Of a stretch of 64,000 nucleotides of DNA, positions 26,991 through 38,464 are shown in pieces. How positions within the stretch are numbered: the stretch's first letter is position 1; the number at the start of each line of letters is the position of its first letter. Below the pieces are notes generated by a model. The model did not search any database, had not been told where the DNA came from, and saw nothing but the letters and a program-made list of their open reading frames with translations. This DNA comes from Marsupella aquatica (Eukaryota; Plantae; Marchantiophyta): the NCBI GenBank assembly GCA_973895155.1, contig OZ316895.1:24867538-24931537 (forward strand). Direction: 5' to 3'. The translations under genes were made by a program, and so were the position numbers.

Positions 26991-28828
26991 AATCACCCTT
27001 AAATGTTTATATTTTCCTTATGTTTGTAACTATACTAAGGTGTTTCTAGGGTACACTTCCCTTTCCCACTTAAACAAGCCCAATGATTCCTGGCTAGGCA
27101 TCACACGTTGCCATTCCCTTTTCTTTCTCCAGCAATTTCAGCAGATTCTGCATGTCTGGTTGCTGCATCGGCAAGTCCTCCGTCCTTGGCCTAAACACCT
27201 ACTCGATTGTAGGACTGTCGGGCGGTTTTGGTTTCTCCGTTGCCGGCCTCTGTTCCGGAACCTCCTCCGGTGCCCTTGACTGTAAGGGAAGTACCGGGGC
27301 AAAGGTCTTACTTCGGGCATACCGGCACAATAGCGGCATGTGATAGCCAAGCCGGGACACGCTTCCCATGCCAATCACTAGCTGTTCCTCCTTCAAGATC
27401 TTCTTTAGTTGAGTGAGGAGGTAACCGTTGTAGTCCCGGCTTGGGTCTGGTCTCTCTGCCAAATAGACCTGTGCCTTGCCGATCTCTGCCCTCAGCAAGT
27501 TGCAAGCATGGTCACTCGCAAGAAATCGATCATCTCTCCTATATGCGGGTTGGTGCAGGTGTTCCGGAAGAAGCCATTCTTTGTTGATGGCCCTGGAAAC
27601 GACCGGAACTCCTTGTCTGGCAAGGTCTTCCTGGTATCTACCTTGGTCTTATTGCCTATCGGCAAGCCAAACACTTCGGCAATCATCTGGGGAGTGAGAT
27701 AGAAATCCTTCCCATACACCCTTGTGCAATTGGTCTCGGACTCCCATGATCCCACGAATTCTAGTAAGTCTGAATCTGGCACCTCCGGCTTCAGCCATGG
27801 TAACCTTACGAAGGCTTCCAAGCCGGATCCGGCCATGAAGCCCTGGTATTTCCGAGTCTGCATAGCCGTAAAGCATGCATCCTCTTCCCGTGCAAAGTGT
27901 AATTGCACTTCCTCGGGGAGGGTCACCGCCCAGCCTTTCCAGGTGTCATCTCTTGTTGGAACGACGTTGATGGGGTCGACCTCCTCCTCCTCGGCTTCCG
28001 CCTGCCTCCTGCCTCCCTGCTCTGTTGGTTTCCTAGGTGCCGCCGACCTAGTTCTTTTTGCCGGGGTGGCCTCTTTGTTGGTTCCTTTCCTCTTCATCTC
28101 AGCTGCCGTGGATGTTTCTCCTGACACGGTTGCCTTTGTCCACCCCTCCGTGCTACCCTTCAACTCCCAGTGTATGTCGTTGTAGCGTTTGATGGCTTCG
28201 CGGATGCCGACGATTCTCTCTTCGCAAAATAGAAGGTCTTCGAGTTGATTGGCAGTAGGGGTCCACAAGAATTCGGCCTTGATGAGTTCTCCTCCTAAGA
28301 AGGCAGATTTCTGCAGCTCCCAGAATCGAGCGAGCTCCTGCCATTCTCGAGCTGCTCTCTCTGATTCTTCGTCCTCGTAAGTCCCAACGTACTCAGTTGC
28401 CCGTTCGAACAGGCATCCCCAAAAATGTGTCGCTTGATTACGTTGCTCATACCCTCCTTGAGTCGATCATCGGTATCTGCTCCCGCCTAGAGTGCTTGCC
28501 TAAGCAGCTGACAGAGTTGGCCTCTCGTAGTCGTCTGCCCAGTTTGTTTTTGAAAATGAGCCACCATTCCTTGCGAGCGGTCCTTACCCCTCTCCTCCTC
28601 TGGTTCTCCCTCCCGTTGGTTTCCCCTAGCCGCCGACCTCTTTAGCGCGCCCTAACCCTAATCGTGTTCTTTCCCCCGATGTCCTTACTTCCAGCCTCGG
28701 CCTGGGTTCCATAGTCACCCTTAATTGTTTATATTTTCCTGATTTATGTAACTATACTAAGGTGTTTCTAGGGTACACTTCCATTTTCCCACTTTAATTG
28801 GCCTAGTGATTCTTGGCTAGGCATCACA

Positions 28829-31800
28829 CTTGCACAATGTTTTTGGCATAAAAACCCAAGCACCATTCTTACTGAAGAAGCTGATCGACTTCTTCAATAT
28901 TTAAGTGACATAGCACTACCTACTCCATTTACTATTGTATCGCAATCTCTCTGCTTGGCAAATAGGATTACTGCAGGGACTCCAGTATGGCCAAGACTGG
29001 TACCATTGAATGCCAATAATACAGCATGTCTAGTTGATGGTGAAACTATTACAATTGACAATTTTTGAGATATGGTGCATGTCATTATTCAAGAAGCCCA
29101 CTCAATTTTAAATTGTGATGTGCTTCTTGGTCTCCGAATAGATTGGGTTGACAAATTACTTAAGGAGAGTCGTGCTATTTACGACGATGTCAACAACACA
29201 GAAGTTGGGTACAACTTTGTCACAGATCCTCGCAACCGGATTCTTCAGCAACATGACCTCGATCTACTAACACACTTGTTTGTTGATCCTAAGATTAGAG
29301 GACACTTTATTCTGGGGCGGTCAGATCGAAATGATGTCATTTGGAATGATATCACACTTTATAAGTGGATGACTGCTTGCTCTGATTTACAAGAAAAATT
29401 GAATCTGCTTATACATTTCACTGCCGGTCTACCAGCAAAGGGCGAAGAGTACAACGGTTTCTTGATTCGCAACACAGCCACAGGTGAGAGGTCATTTTAT
29501 TGGGCAACAGCAGGCCCAGATGATGATCCAACAACAAAATTGTTAGAGCATCATACAATAGCGCTCTTTCAAACCTATCATAAAGGTGCAAATACAGGTG
29601 CTCCAATGAAACCACTTATACGGTTTCTTTCGAGTTCTTTAAGAACTCTGTTTCTGGTATACTTTTGTCTGGTGAGGCCTACACAATCTTATGTTGCACA
29701 GAAAATATGGGGAAAGGAGGTTGCCCGTATTTATGATGATTGTTGGTTCGTTGATATGGATAAAAAGCAAGATGCACATGATCTTTCCAAGAGCATACAC
29801 AACAATGTTTTTAAGCGTTGTGGAGTCACATTCAGGGTTTCAGAATACCGGCACCTAGCAGCATTTTTTTTGGAAAAGATTCGAGACCAACGCACTCAAG
29901 ATCTTGATGATATTGTAGATGTGGCAGGTGGACATACAACAGCTACAATGGGACATCATTGTGCTCAAAGTGTAAAAGATTTAAGAGCTATTGATGGACA
30001 TCTCTTGAGAGCATTCCGAATATTTACAGATAAGTGGCATGCATTGCTTAATCTTTCGGATAAGTCCCCAAGATTGATTCATCTGGATAGCTCAACAACA
30101 GGTTGCAGGGAAGTCACACTAAATCCTTTTCCAAGAACCACTACTATTCTACGTCCACGTCATGACATTGAGCTTGAAATTGATCATGTTCCAAGCAAGA
30201 CAAGGGTTGTTTATTGCCCTGCCTATGGAGAACCATCAACATCAGTTGTGGGAGATGTTGATTCGGCACTGCACATCTGTCACGACACAAGTATAAGAGC
30301 TTCCATAGCTCTACACAAGTTGGGTCACAAAAGGTGGAGGTCAACTGAACAAGCAATCTCTGTTGCTTTGGCTATTGAAAACACTGTGGATTTTGTAACT
30401 GTACTTCCCACTGGAACAGGAAAGTCATTGATTTTCATGGCCCCTTCCACATTGATGGACAAAACAGTGATTGTGGTAGTCCCATTCAAATCTCTCATAT
30501 CGGGTCACTTATCTGAATGCAGAAAAGCAGGAATTGGTCACACTGTGTTTACAAGTGGATTTGCACTCGGGATAGGAGTAACACCTGCAATTGTTTTTGT
30601 ATCTATCGAGACTGCAGCTGATTCAGATACATTTGGTGTCTTTGAAAACCACTTGCAAGCTACACAAAGATTGCATTCGATTGTTTTTGATGAGATTCAT
30701 ACACTACAGTGTCATTTCCATCCAAAAATGAGAAATCTGATTTCTCTAATGAAAGTTCCCTGTCAGATTATAGGATTAACAGCGACATTACCACCCACAC
30801 AACAATCTGATATCGAACTGACTTTGGGTTCAAGATTACATTGGGTTCGTTCTTCTACTGTTAGGCCAAACATCCGATACATGGTTGTGGAAGTGCCTGA
30901 CATGGATGGAGAAATAGTTAGACAGCTTCAAGATTGGAAGAGATCTAGCCTGGTTCATGACCAGGCCATTGTCTATTGCCTAACAAGAGATGAAGTCCAA
31001 GAGATGGCAAAGCTACTCGAAGCCAGGAACTTGTGCTGTACATTTTTGCATGCAGGATGTAGCACAACAGACACCGTGAAAACCTTGAAGAAGTGGGAGT
31101 CGAAGGGTTGTGAAATCATGGTGGCAACTGGGGTCATTGGTTCTGGCTATAATTACAAGTCAATCAGACTTGTAATTCATAGAGGTAATTTCAGGTCCTT
31201 TGAGCAATTTCATCAGGAATCTGGCCGAGCTGGGCGTGATGGTTTATTAGCAATAAGCACTGGTTGTTTCTAACTCCAGCTACCGCAATGAGGCCTTGAG
31301 GATGGACTCCAACTTCAAGATTCCAAACAAATGGATTGAGGAGACAAAAATGTGTCATCGCTTTGCACTACATGCTAGCGTTGATGGTAAGCCACAGATG
31401 TGTTACCTCATCCCGGATGCAATTCCTTGTGACATATGCTCCCAAGCAGCAGACAATCAGGAACTACCAATGGAATATGAGGCCGAAGAATTATCACAAG
31501 CTAGGTCATAAGTGGTTGAAATTGTATCTCAGGGGAGCATCTCCCAAAACATACAAGGAGGACAGAGTATTAGGGTTATAGCACCAGGTGAAAGAACAAC
31601 ACCAGCATCATCACTCGGATCATCCCAAGGCAAAGGAACCACAACCACGGTTGTGGCAAGAGCTCGACCAACACTCATCAAACAAAGAATTGACGAAGCC
31701 ATGAATAAGATTTGTATCATCCGTAAATTTGCTGGGGATAGGAAAAAGTGCTTGATGTGTTGGAGTCCCTTCTCAAAGAGTGTTCCTCATGGTATTTTGC

Positions 31801-32183
31801 AATGTCCTTATGTACGGGGACGATGTGTGAAGTGTCTAGGAACACACAACCGTGCAAATTGCGATAACAAGTTTCCTTCTCGACCAGACACTTGTTTCAA
31901 GTGTCACTTCCCACACCAGCCTAGTGGGATGAGACATCATGAAGGGCTGTATGGAGATCAGTGTGAAGATGAATCAGGAGAGAGATTGCGGCTTTTTGTG
32001 TGGAAGGCATGGCGATTTGATAACATACAGAGCGATTTATTCTGAGCAATTCCTGAAATCAAAGGGAAAAGTGACCAGGAGCTGTGTGAATGGGTTGTGT
32101 CTACAAGTCCTGAGGCTCTGGGCAACAATTTTATGCAACTTGTAGCAACCATTGTGAGGATCAAGTATCCTGAATTTCGGTGA
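28829..32183 (+). pseudogene. 3' portion of the tyrosine-recombinase-like + RecQ-type SF2 helicase + Cys-rich gene, with stops and a frameshift
   Basis: Helicase motifs LPTGTGKS, VVVPFKSL, DEIH, LTATLPP, VATGVIGSG, QESGRAGRDG and a RecQ Zn module (CHRFAL...C...CDIC). Upstream are YR-like residues GLPAKGEE, YHK, SEYRHLA and AGGHT...HHCA. Stops at 29066, 31509 and 32043, frameshift near 31265. Confidence 0.8.
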
Positions 32184-33796
32184 TCAATCAGAGAATTGAG
32201 AAGAATTCTTATAGAGGCTGGACAGTGTGGTAAATTACTTGGAAGATTTCAAAAGTGAAGTTCAGGAGATGAAGGGTGAAATGAATATCAGACTACTTAG
32301 ATGGAAGTATGGTGTTCGGTGGGGAAAGTTTCAGGGGAGAGATCCATACTTTAGCTTCGGTTTCTTAATGTAGATCACATTGGCATGCAGGTCAGCTCTC
32401 TCTAGCTGTTTGAAGTTTAAATAGGATATGCTTTGTTAGACCCAGATTATTTCCTACTCCTATTTTGTGACTTAGGAGTCAGTTTGGGGCAAAGCTATTT
32501 CTTGTTAACTTTACGTGGGATGATCAAGTTGTAAAGTATTCAAAATTCATCATGGTATTAGAGAGCTTGTTTCATGCATCTTGCCTCCCTCTCTCGGTGC
32601 TTTGATGTGCAGTATTCATTCTCCACCCTAAAATTTGTCTTGTCCTTCTTCTCACTGGTCGAGGAGAGAGGCCCCAAGGGGGGCAGAAGTAGTCTTCAAT
32701 CTTTGTTCCCACTTTTCAAAAAGGTTCCCAAATGGAGCTAGAGAGTGCAAGGGCTGACAGAGGTTGGGAATATAGAAGGGTTGTGAAATCATGGTGGCAA
32801 CTGGGGTCTACATGCTAAGTTTTATGGTCTCAGACAGAGGGAGGGACCGACTAGAAGTCACAAATGTGGAAGTGGTGATTGTGATTCTTGCTGCCTAGCT
32901 AGACCTGTCAGCACAATCGAATGTTACAAGGGGCGAAGTGTGCTAGTGTGAGAGATATCAGGATTGAGAATGACTGGTTGTCTCATTAGAGAATAGGTTT
33001 GTGTGGTGATCAATTTGTGGGATTCTGCAATCAATGAAGCTTCAGCTTTCTTCATCGTTGCTCTCTTACAACTGTGCACGCATGTGCATGACCTATATTG
33101 CAGTCCTGTTCTGACGTCCCAAGTTGAACGAGCCAGAATTACTTCTTCACGGTTAACAAGTTCACAGTAGTGGGGTTGCTGCACTGGCTGGCTCCTTCCA
33201 ATTAAGGATGTCAATGTATGTAACGGTAGAGGATCATCGTTAGGTGCCGGTACGTACGTGGTGCAGGTGCCAGAACTACTTGTAAGCAGACGACAATCTG
33301 TTTGCAGCCAGAAAAATGGCAGATCATTCGAACGACCAGATGGCAGGAAGAGCAAAACTGCAAGCCAAGGACCATTATGTGCTGGGGAACGATACCCGTG
33401 TTCCAACTAACGTTCCTCCTGCTGCAGCAAAACATCCATCATTAAGCCAGCGATTTGAGAGTTCTCCCCTTGACCAGACCGTCGATATGCCTCTCGCAGA
33501 CGAACAACCAGGGTGTGGATATTTGGGATCCTTGAAATTGCCATATACATGTCTTATGCGAAAGGTAAGTTCCTACTACCGGTTGCACACTGATAAATTT
33601 CATCTCTGTACTATGCTAGCTTGTTTTTGTAGTAGCATAGTTTCTCAAGATCTCTCATCTTTTTGGCAATTACCACATCTTGGAACCTCTTCCTCGCACA
33701 TTAATCTTTTTTGGCTTGCATGCTGCATTGAAAGCACTCGCTCCAAACTTCTAGGTGAGGACTACTACAGGCTTTTTGAAAAGTTTCAAATGAATG

Positions 33797-36700
33797 TGTG
33801 ATGCCTAGACAGGAATCACTCGGCCGGTTAAGTGGGTAAAGCAGGAAGGCACCCTAGGAACACCTTAGTATAGGGACAAAACAAGGAAAATATAAACAAT
33901 TAGGGGCAACCATGGAACCCGGGCCGAGGCCGGAGGTAAGGCTGAGGGTGAAAACCCGATTAGGGTTAGGGTGCGTTAAGCGTCGGCGGCTAGGAAGGAT
34001 CAACGGGAAGAAGGACCGGCAGAGGAGAGGGGTAAGGAGCGCTTGCAGGAGATGGTGGCTCATTTGCGAGCACGAACTAGGCAGACGACTACGGGAGGCC
34101 AACTACTGTCAGCTGCTTAGGCAAGCACTCGGGGAGAGAGTAGATACCGACGATCGACCTAAGGAGGGTATGAGCAACGTCAATCAAGCGGCACATTTCT
34201 GGGGATGCCTATTCGAACGGGCAACTGAGTACATCAAGACTTACGAGGACGAGGAATCAGAAAGGGCAGCTCGAGAACGGCAGGAGCTCGCTCGATTGTG
34301 GGAGCTGCAGAAGACGGCTTTCTTAGGAGGCGAACTCATCAAGGACGAGTTCCTGTGGACGCCTACTTCCAATCAACTCGACGATCTTCTGTTTTGCAAA
34401 GACAGCGTCGTCGGCATCCGAGAGGCCATCAAGAACTGCAACGACATACACTGGGAATTAAAGGGTAGCACGGAAAGGTGGACCCAGGCAACGGTGCTAG
34501 GAGAAACCTCCACGGCAGCAGAGATGAAGAGGAAGGGAGCCGTCAATGATGAAGCCACCCCGGCAAAAAGAACGAGGTCGGCGGCACCAAAGAAGCCAGC
34601 CGAGCAGCAGAGCAGGAGGCAGGGAGAAGCTGAAGAGGAGGAGGTCGATCCCATCAAGGCCATTCCAACCAGGGATGACACCTGGAAGGGCTGGGCGGCA
34701 ACCCTACCGGTGGAGGTGCAACTACATTTTGCACGGGAGGAGGATGCATGCTTTACGGCCATGCAGACCAAGAAGTACCAAGGCTTCATGGCCGGATCCG
34801 GCTTGGAGGCCTTTGTAAGATTACCATGGCTGAAGCCGGAGGTACCGGAGTCAGACCTATTAGAATTCGTGGGGTCATGGGAACCCGAGACCAATTGCAC
34901 GAGGATATATGGGAAGGATTTCTATCTTACTCCCAAGGTAATTGCCGAAGTGTTTGGCTTGCCGATAGGCAATAAGACCAAAGTTGATACCAGGAAGACC
35001 TTGCCTAACAAGGAGTTCCGGTCATTCCCCGGGCCATCAACGAAGAATGGCTTCTTCCGGAACACCTGCACCAACCCGCACATAGGAGAGATGATCGACT
35101 TCTTGCGGGTGACCATGCATTGTAACTTGTCGAGGGCAGAGATCGGCAAGGCACAGGTCTATCTGGCAGAAAGGCCAGACCCAAGCCGGGACTACAACGG
35201 GTACCTCCTCAACCAATTGAAGAAGATCTTAAAGGAGGAGCAGCAGGTAATCGGCATGGGGAGCGTGTCGCGGCTTGGCTATCACATGCCGCTGTTGTGC
35301 CGGTATGCCAGAGGTCAGACTTTTGCCCCGGTACTTCCCCTGCAGGTAAGGGCACCCGAGGAAGCTCCAACGCCGAGGCCGTTGGCTGAGAAGCCTCAAC
35401 CACCTGTTAGTCCTACGATCGAGCAGGTATTTAGGCCCAGGAAGGAGGACTTGCCGATGCAGCAACCAGGCATGCAGAGTCTGCTGAAACTACTGGAGAA
35501 AGAAAAGAAATCGGCATCGGCAACAACAACGGCAACGGCAACAATGCAGGACACTACTATAGAGGTAGGCCTACACCGGCTCACAAGAGAAAACCCCTTT
35601 GCTGGAGACAAGGAGAGAATCAGGCCGGAATCCAAGCCAGGTGTTCGAATGTACGTGGGAACCTCAAGCTCCGAATCTGAGGCAGAATTGCCTGAAGCTC
35701 CTACCGACGAAGAGGAGAGGGAGAAGCCGGACGTCCAAGAGGTAGAGGAGGCAGTGGAGGACTGCAGCCATGATAATTCCGGCTATGGGTCGGACCATCA
35801 CGTTCCAGGAGTAAGGACCTGTGGCCGGTTTGTCCCCACACTTCCAAGGGTAGTGCGAGGGGACCCCAACCAGCAGAGTAGCCCTGAGTCTCCCCCACCA
35901 GATGTTGCTCCCCCGAGCTTCGACGGCATAAAACAGACGGTGCAGGAATTTCAGGAGCGAATCAAGCAGGAGGAGGAGGCCGCCCTGGCTAAGGAAAAGG
36001 ATTTACCAGGAGGAGATTGGCCGGAGGACATCAGGCGGCTAGCCAAAAAAGGAAGCAAACCTCTAGCCACGATTGAAGAGATCCGCAGGACGGCTTGGGA
36101 GCAGAGGCCGCGATGGGCGATGCCGATCACTTCTACTTACTCCACCTACGCTAAGAATAGAGCCATGGAGTATGGTGAGATGTGTGGAGAACTTGCGCTC
36201 GGCATCTTTGGAGAGGAGTTGGAGGTAGGACCCTTTTTCCATAGGGAGCAGTTGGAGAAGCACCAATTAGAAGAAGCGGTGGCTTTAGAGAGAAGCAAGA
36301 AGGACGAGGTCATTCGGCGGCTTAGGAGGATGGAAGCCGAGATTGAAGATCTAAGGGCGGCCAAGAAAGCCCAAGATGAACTGCGGATTAAACGACATGA
36401 GCTGAACATCATGCAGGGGCAGTTGGACACCGCGCAGGCTGATAATCAGAATATCAAGGATAAACTGACTCAGACGCAGGGAGAGTTGGCCGACACGATC
36501 AAAGAGAGGGAGAAGTGGAAGCAAGAGCTGAAGAATACAGAGGAGGCCCACATAACAGCCAACAGCCGGGCCATGGCGGAGACCCAAAGAAAGGAATGGG
36601 CGTTGAAAGGGGAGCTCGAGAAAATCCGCGGAGCCCTTGAGCAGAAGGAGGCCGAGTTAGGGAAATCCTATCAAGGGATTATGGCGCTGCAGCAGGAGCT

Positions 36701-38464
36701 TGCGTCCCTGACGGCCAGCTTCAAGGCCGACCTAAGGGAGAAGGACGAGATGCTCGAACAGACTTACGCCAAGATGAACCAGATGGAGTCTGTCATCATT
36801 GCAGAGCTCGACAAGGAGCTAAAAGCAACCCAGGAGGAGAGGACTACCTTGAAACAAGAACGGGAGGAAGCCCAGAAGGAACTAGAGGAGGCATGCAAGG
36901 ACCTGGATGAGACCCAGGAGGAGTTGGAGGAAATCACGAGGAAGATGGAGAACCTCCAGCGGCGGGCCGACAACCAAACGGAGCGGCTGAAGAAACAAGC
37001 CGCAGTATTTAGGTGCTTGTCTTCATCAGGCCCAACTCCAATTGGGGCAACCAAGTTACCAGGAGTGGTACTGGCCGAAGAAAAAGCCGCGCCAACTGCA
37101 CCAGTGCCGGAGGTAAGTGGGAAGGGGAAGGGACCAGCTGCCGAACCAGAAAAGAAGAAAAAGCGGAAACCTTCAGGGTCAAGGAGTAATCCGACTCCAC
37201 AAGCCGTGGTGACCAAAGAGGTAGAACCAGCACCATCCTCCGACATGAATACGGCAATAGATCCCGCTATGATCACAGGTGGGGGTGGTGCGGCCCAAGC
37301 CGAACTACTCAGTAAGGAGGCCGGTATTCCAGATCCGCCTCTTGAGCAGGCCGGGGAGACCGTAGCCGAGGCTGAGGCCGTAACCGATTCTCGAGCCGAT
37401 GCCGACGCCGATGGTGGACCCAGTCAGGCCGATGGAGAGTTGACTCAGTCAAGGGCAGGTAATCTGTCAGGGAATGAGCCTACGGCAGTGGCTGAGGAGG
37501 AAGCGTTGGGGGCGTCCATTAAGGATCCACCACCGGTGTCGTGACGGTGCAAGGGCGCCGTTCCTTTTAGGGAGGGCGGACGTGGAGGGAGGAGGCGTGA
37601 GTGGCAGGGCGGGCGCGGATCTCCACGTTTAGGATTAGGATCAGAACCAGGAGCGGCCTTGACACTTAGCTTAGTGGGATTGCGGTCCCACTGGTAGGAG
37701 CAACACTTGTGCTCCTGCCTTGCTGTACATAGGTAGATTCGGGCAAGTAGATTACTGTTAAGTAGATTAGGCTTACGATGCAAAGAATGGCGGATCCACT
37801 ACCAGGATAAGTACCTGGGCAGCGGGGAGCTCAGGGCCTCTTCTTTAGCAAGTTTTTAGTTTGCACCAGCCGGGCTGGGATCAAGTAGTACGAGAAGCTC
37901 TCGGTTAGTCATACAGTGACCCTTGTGTATATTCATGTTTCCTCATGCCTAAGAGCTGAATAGAGTTGGCCTCACGGCTTAGTTCGCAGAACTTGTGTAT
38001 GAGATGTACTGTTTGTATGGCAAGTGCATGGTATGACTCAGTCAGAATGAGTCATTTTGCTATTTGTGTGTCGCATTAACTTGTGTGAAGAGTGCCCACA
38101 TCAACAGAAGGAAGGAAAGTAAGCAGGGGAGTGAGAGTTGGATGTGTCGAGCTGAGAGAGGTCTTAGCGGCTTAACCAAGCCTATTGGGGATCATTCCGG
38201 CGGCGGAATCCAAACATACCTAACAAGACGGAGGGGAAGACAGGGGAAGACAGGGGAAGGCCTATATTAGGCCGGCTACGTATCTCATGACCCGATGAAG
38301 GATCTGTCCAGTATATGTGTGTAAAATGTTAATAGTAGTAGTAGAAGGTTAGCAGCGTCCCATGCCGCTAAGCCGCGGAAACGGCCTCGCCAAGCACGAA
38401 ACCTGCGGGAATCGGCTTGAGCTGAGGGGTTTCTTGGGTTTAGGGAGCCATGGGACGCACCACA
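33797..38464 (+). mobile_element. Family A unit, copy A5 (4668 bp, complete, intact ORF)
   Basis: TGTGATGCCTAG...GGGACGCACCACA with TSD GAATG at 33792-33796 and 38465-38469. No internal long direct repeats and no gag/pol motifs. Confidence 0.95.
33912..37544 (+). CDS. 1210-aa family A protein: plant-transposon accessory (PMD/aORF-like) domain, long coiled coil, basic NLS-like KKKKRK
   Basis: Uninterrupted ORF with a TATA-like AAAATATAAA at about 33887. Heptad-rich region around aa 780-1030. No RT, integrase DDE, protease or zinc-knuckle motif recognised. Confidence 0.8.
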   Translation: MEPGPRPEVRLRVKTRLGLGCVKRRRLGRINGKKDRQRRGVRSACRRWWLICEHELGRRLREANYCQLLRQALGERVDTDDRPKEGMSNVNQAAHFWGCLFERATEYIKTYEDEESERAARERQELARLWELQKTAFLGGELIKDEFLWTPTSNQLDDLLFCKDSVVGIREAIKNCNDIHWELKGSTERWTQATVLGETSTAAEMKRKGAVNDEATPAKRTRSAAPKKPAEQQSRRQGEAEEEEVDPIKAIPTRDDTWKGWAATLPVEVQLHFAREEDACFTAMQTKKYQGFMAGSGLEAFVRLPWLKPEVPESDLLEFVGSWEPETNCTRIYGKDFYLTPKVIAEVFGLPIGNKTKVDTRKTLPNKEFRSFPGPSTKNGFFRNTCTNPHIGEMIDFLRVTMHCNLSRAEIGKAQVYLAERPDPSRDYNGYLLNQLKKILKEEQQVIGMGSVSRLGYHMPLLCRYARGQTFAPVLPLQVRAPEEAPTPRPLAEKPQPPVSPTIEQVFRPRKEDLPMQQPGMQSLLKLLEKEKKSASATTTATATMQDTTIEVGLHRLTRENPFAGDKERIRPESKPGVRMYVGTSSSESEAELPEAPTDEEEREKPDVQEVEEAVEDCSHDNSGYGSDHHVPGVRTCGRFVPTLPRVVRGDPNQQSSPESPPPDVAPPSFDGIKQTVQEFQERIKQEEEAALAKEKDLPGGDWPEDIRRLAKKGSKPLATIEEIRRTAWEQRPRWAMPITSTYSTYAKNRAMEYGEMCGELALGIFGEELEVGPFFHREQLEKHQLEEAVALERSKKDEVIRRLRRMEAEIEDLRAAKKAQDELRIKRHELNIMQGQLDTAQADNQNIKDKLTQTQGELADTIKEREKWKQELKNTEEAHITANSRAMAETQRKEWALKGELEKIRGALEQKEAELGKSYQGIMALQQELASLTASFKADLREKDEMLEQTYAKMNQMESVIIAELDKELKATQEERTTLKQEREEAQKELEEACKDLDETQEELEEITRKMENLQRRADNQTERLKKQAAVFRCLSSSGPTPIGATKLPGVVLAEEKAAPTAPVPEVSGKGKGPAAEPEKKKKRKPSGSRSNPTPQAVVTKEVEPAPSSDMNTAIDPAMITGGGGAAQAELLSKEAGIPDPPLEQAGETVAEAEAVTDSRADADADGGPSQADGELTQSRAGNLSGNEPTAVAEEEALGASIKDPPPVS

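Larger units (their letters stand above)
18272..27105 (-). mobile_element. Family A unit, copy A4 (complete, ~4.8 kb net; nested in A3, hosts B1)
   Basis: Same termini as A3. TSD CGTTG at 18267-18271 and 27106-27110. The A3 sequence resumes exactly after the TSD. Confidence 0.95.
15377..28828 (-). mobile_element. Family A unit, copy A3 (complete, ~4.6 kb net; hosts nested A4 and B1)
   Basis: TGTGGTGCGTCCC at 15377 and CTAGGCATCACA ending at 28828. 5-bp TSD CTTGC at 15372-15376 and 28829-28833. Confidence 0.95.

Noticed and set aside
33912-37544. Family A protein as a host SMC/myosin-like gene or as Gag/Env
   Set aside because: It lies within a multicopy TSD-flanked unit. No ATPase head, zinc knuckle or transmembrane segment was seen, and the similarity is only generic coiled coil.
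12246-37783. Numerous Ser/Phe-rich antisense and alternate-frame ORFs over A and B copies
   Set aside because: These are shadow ORFs of the GC-rich, Glu/Lys-rich coding strand.
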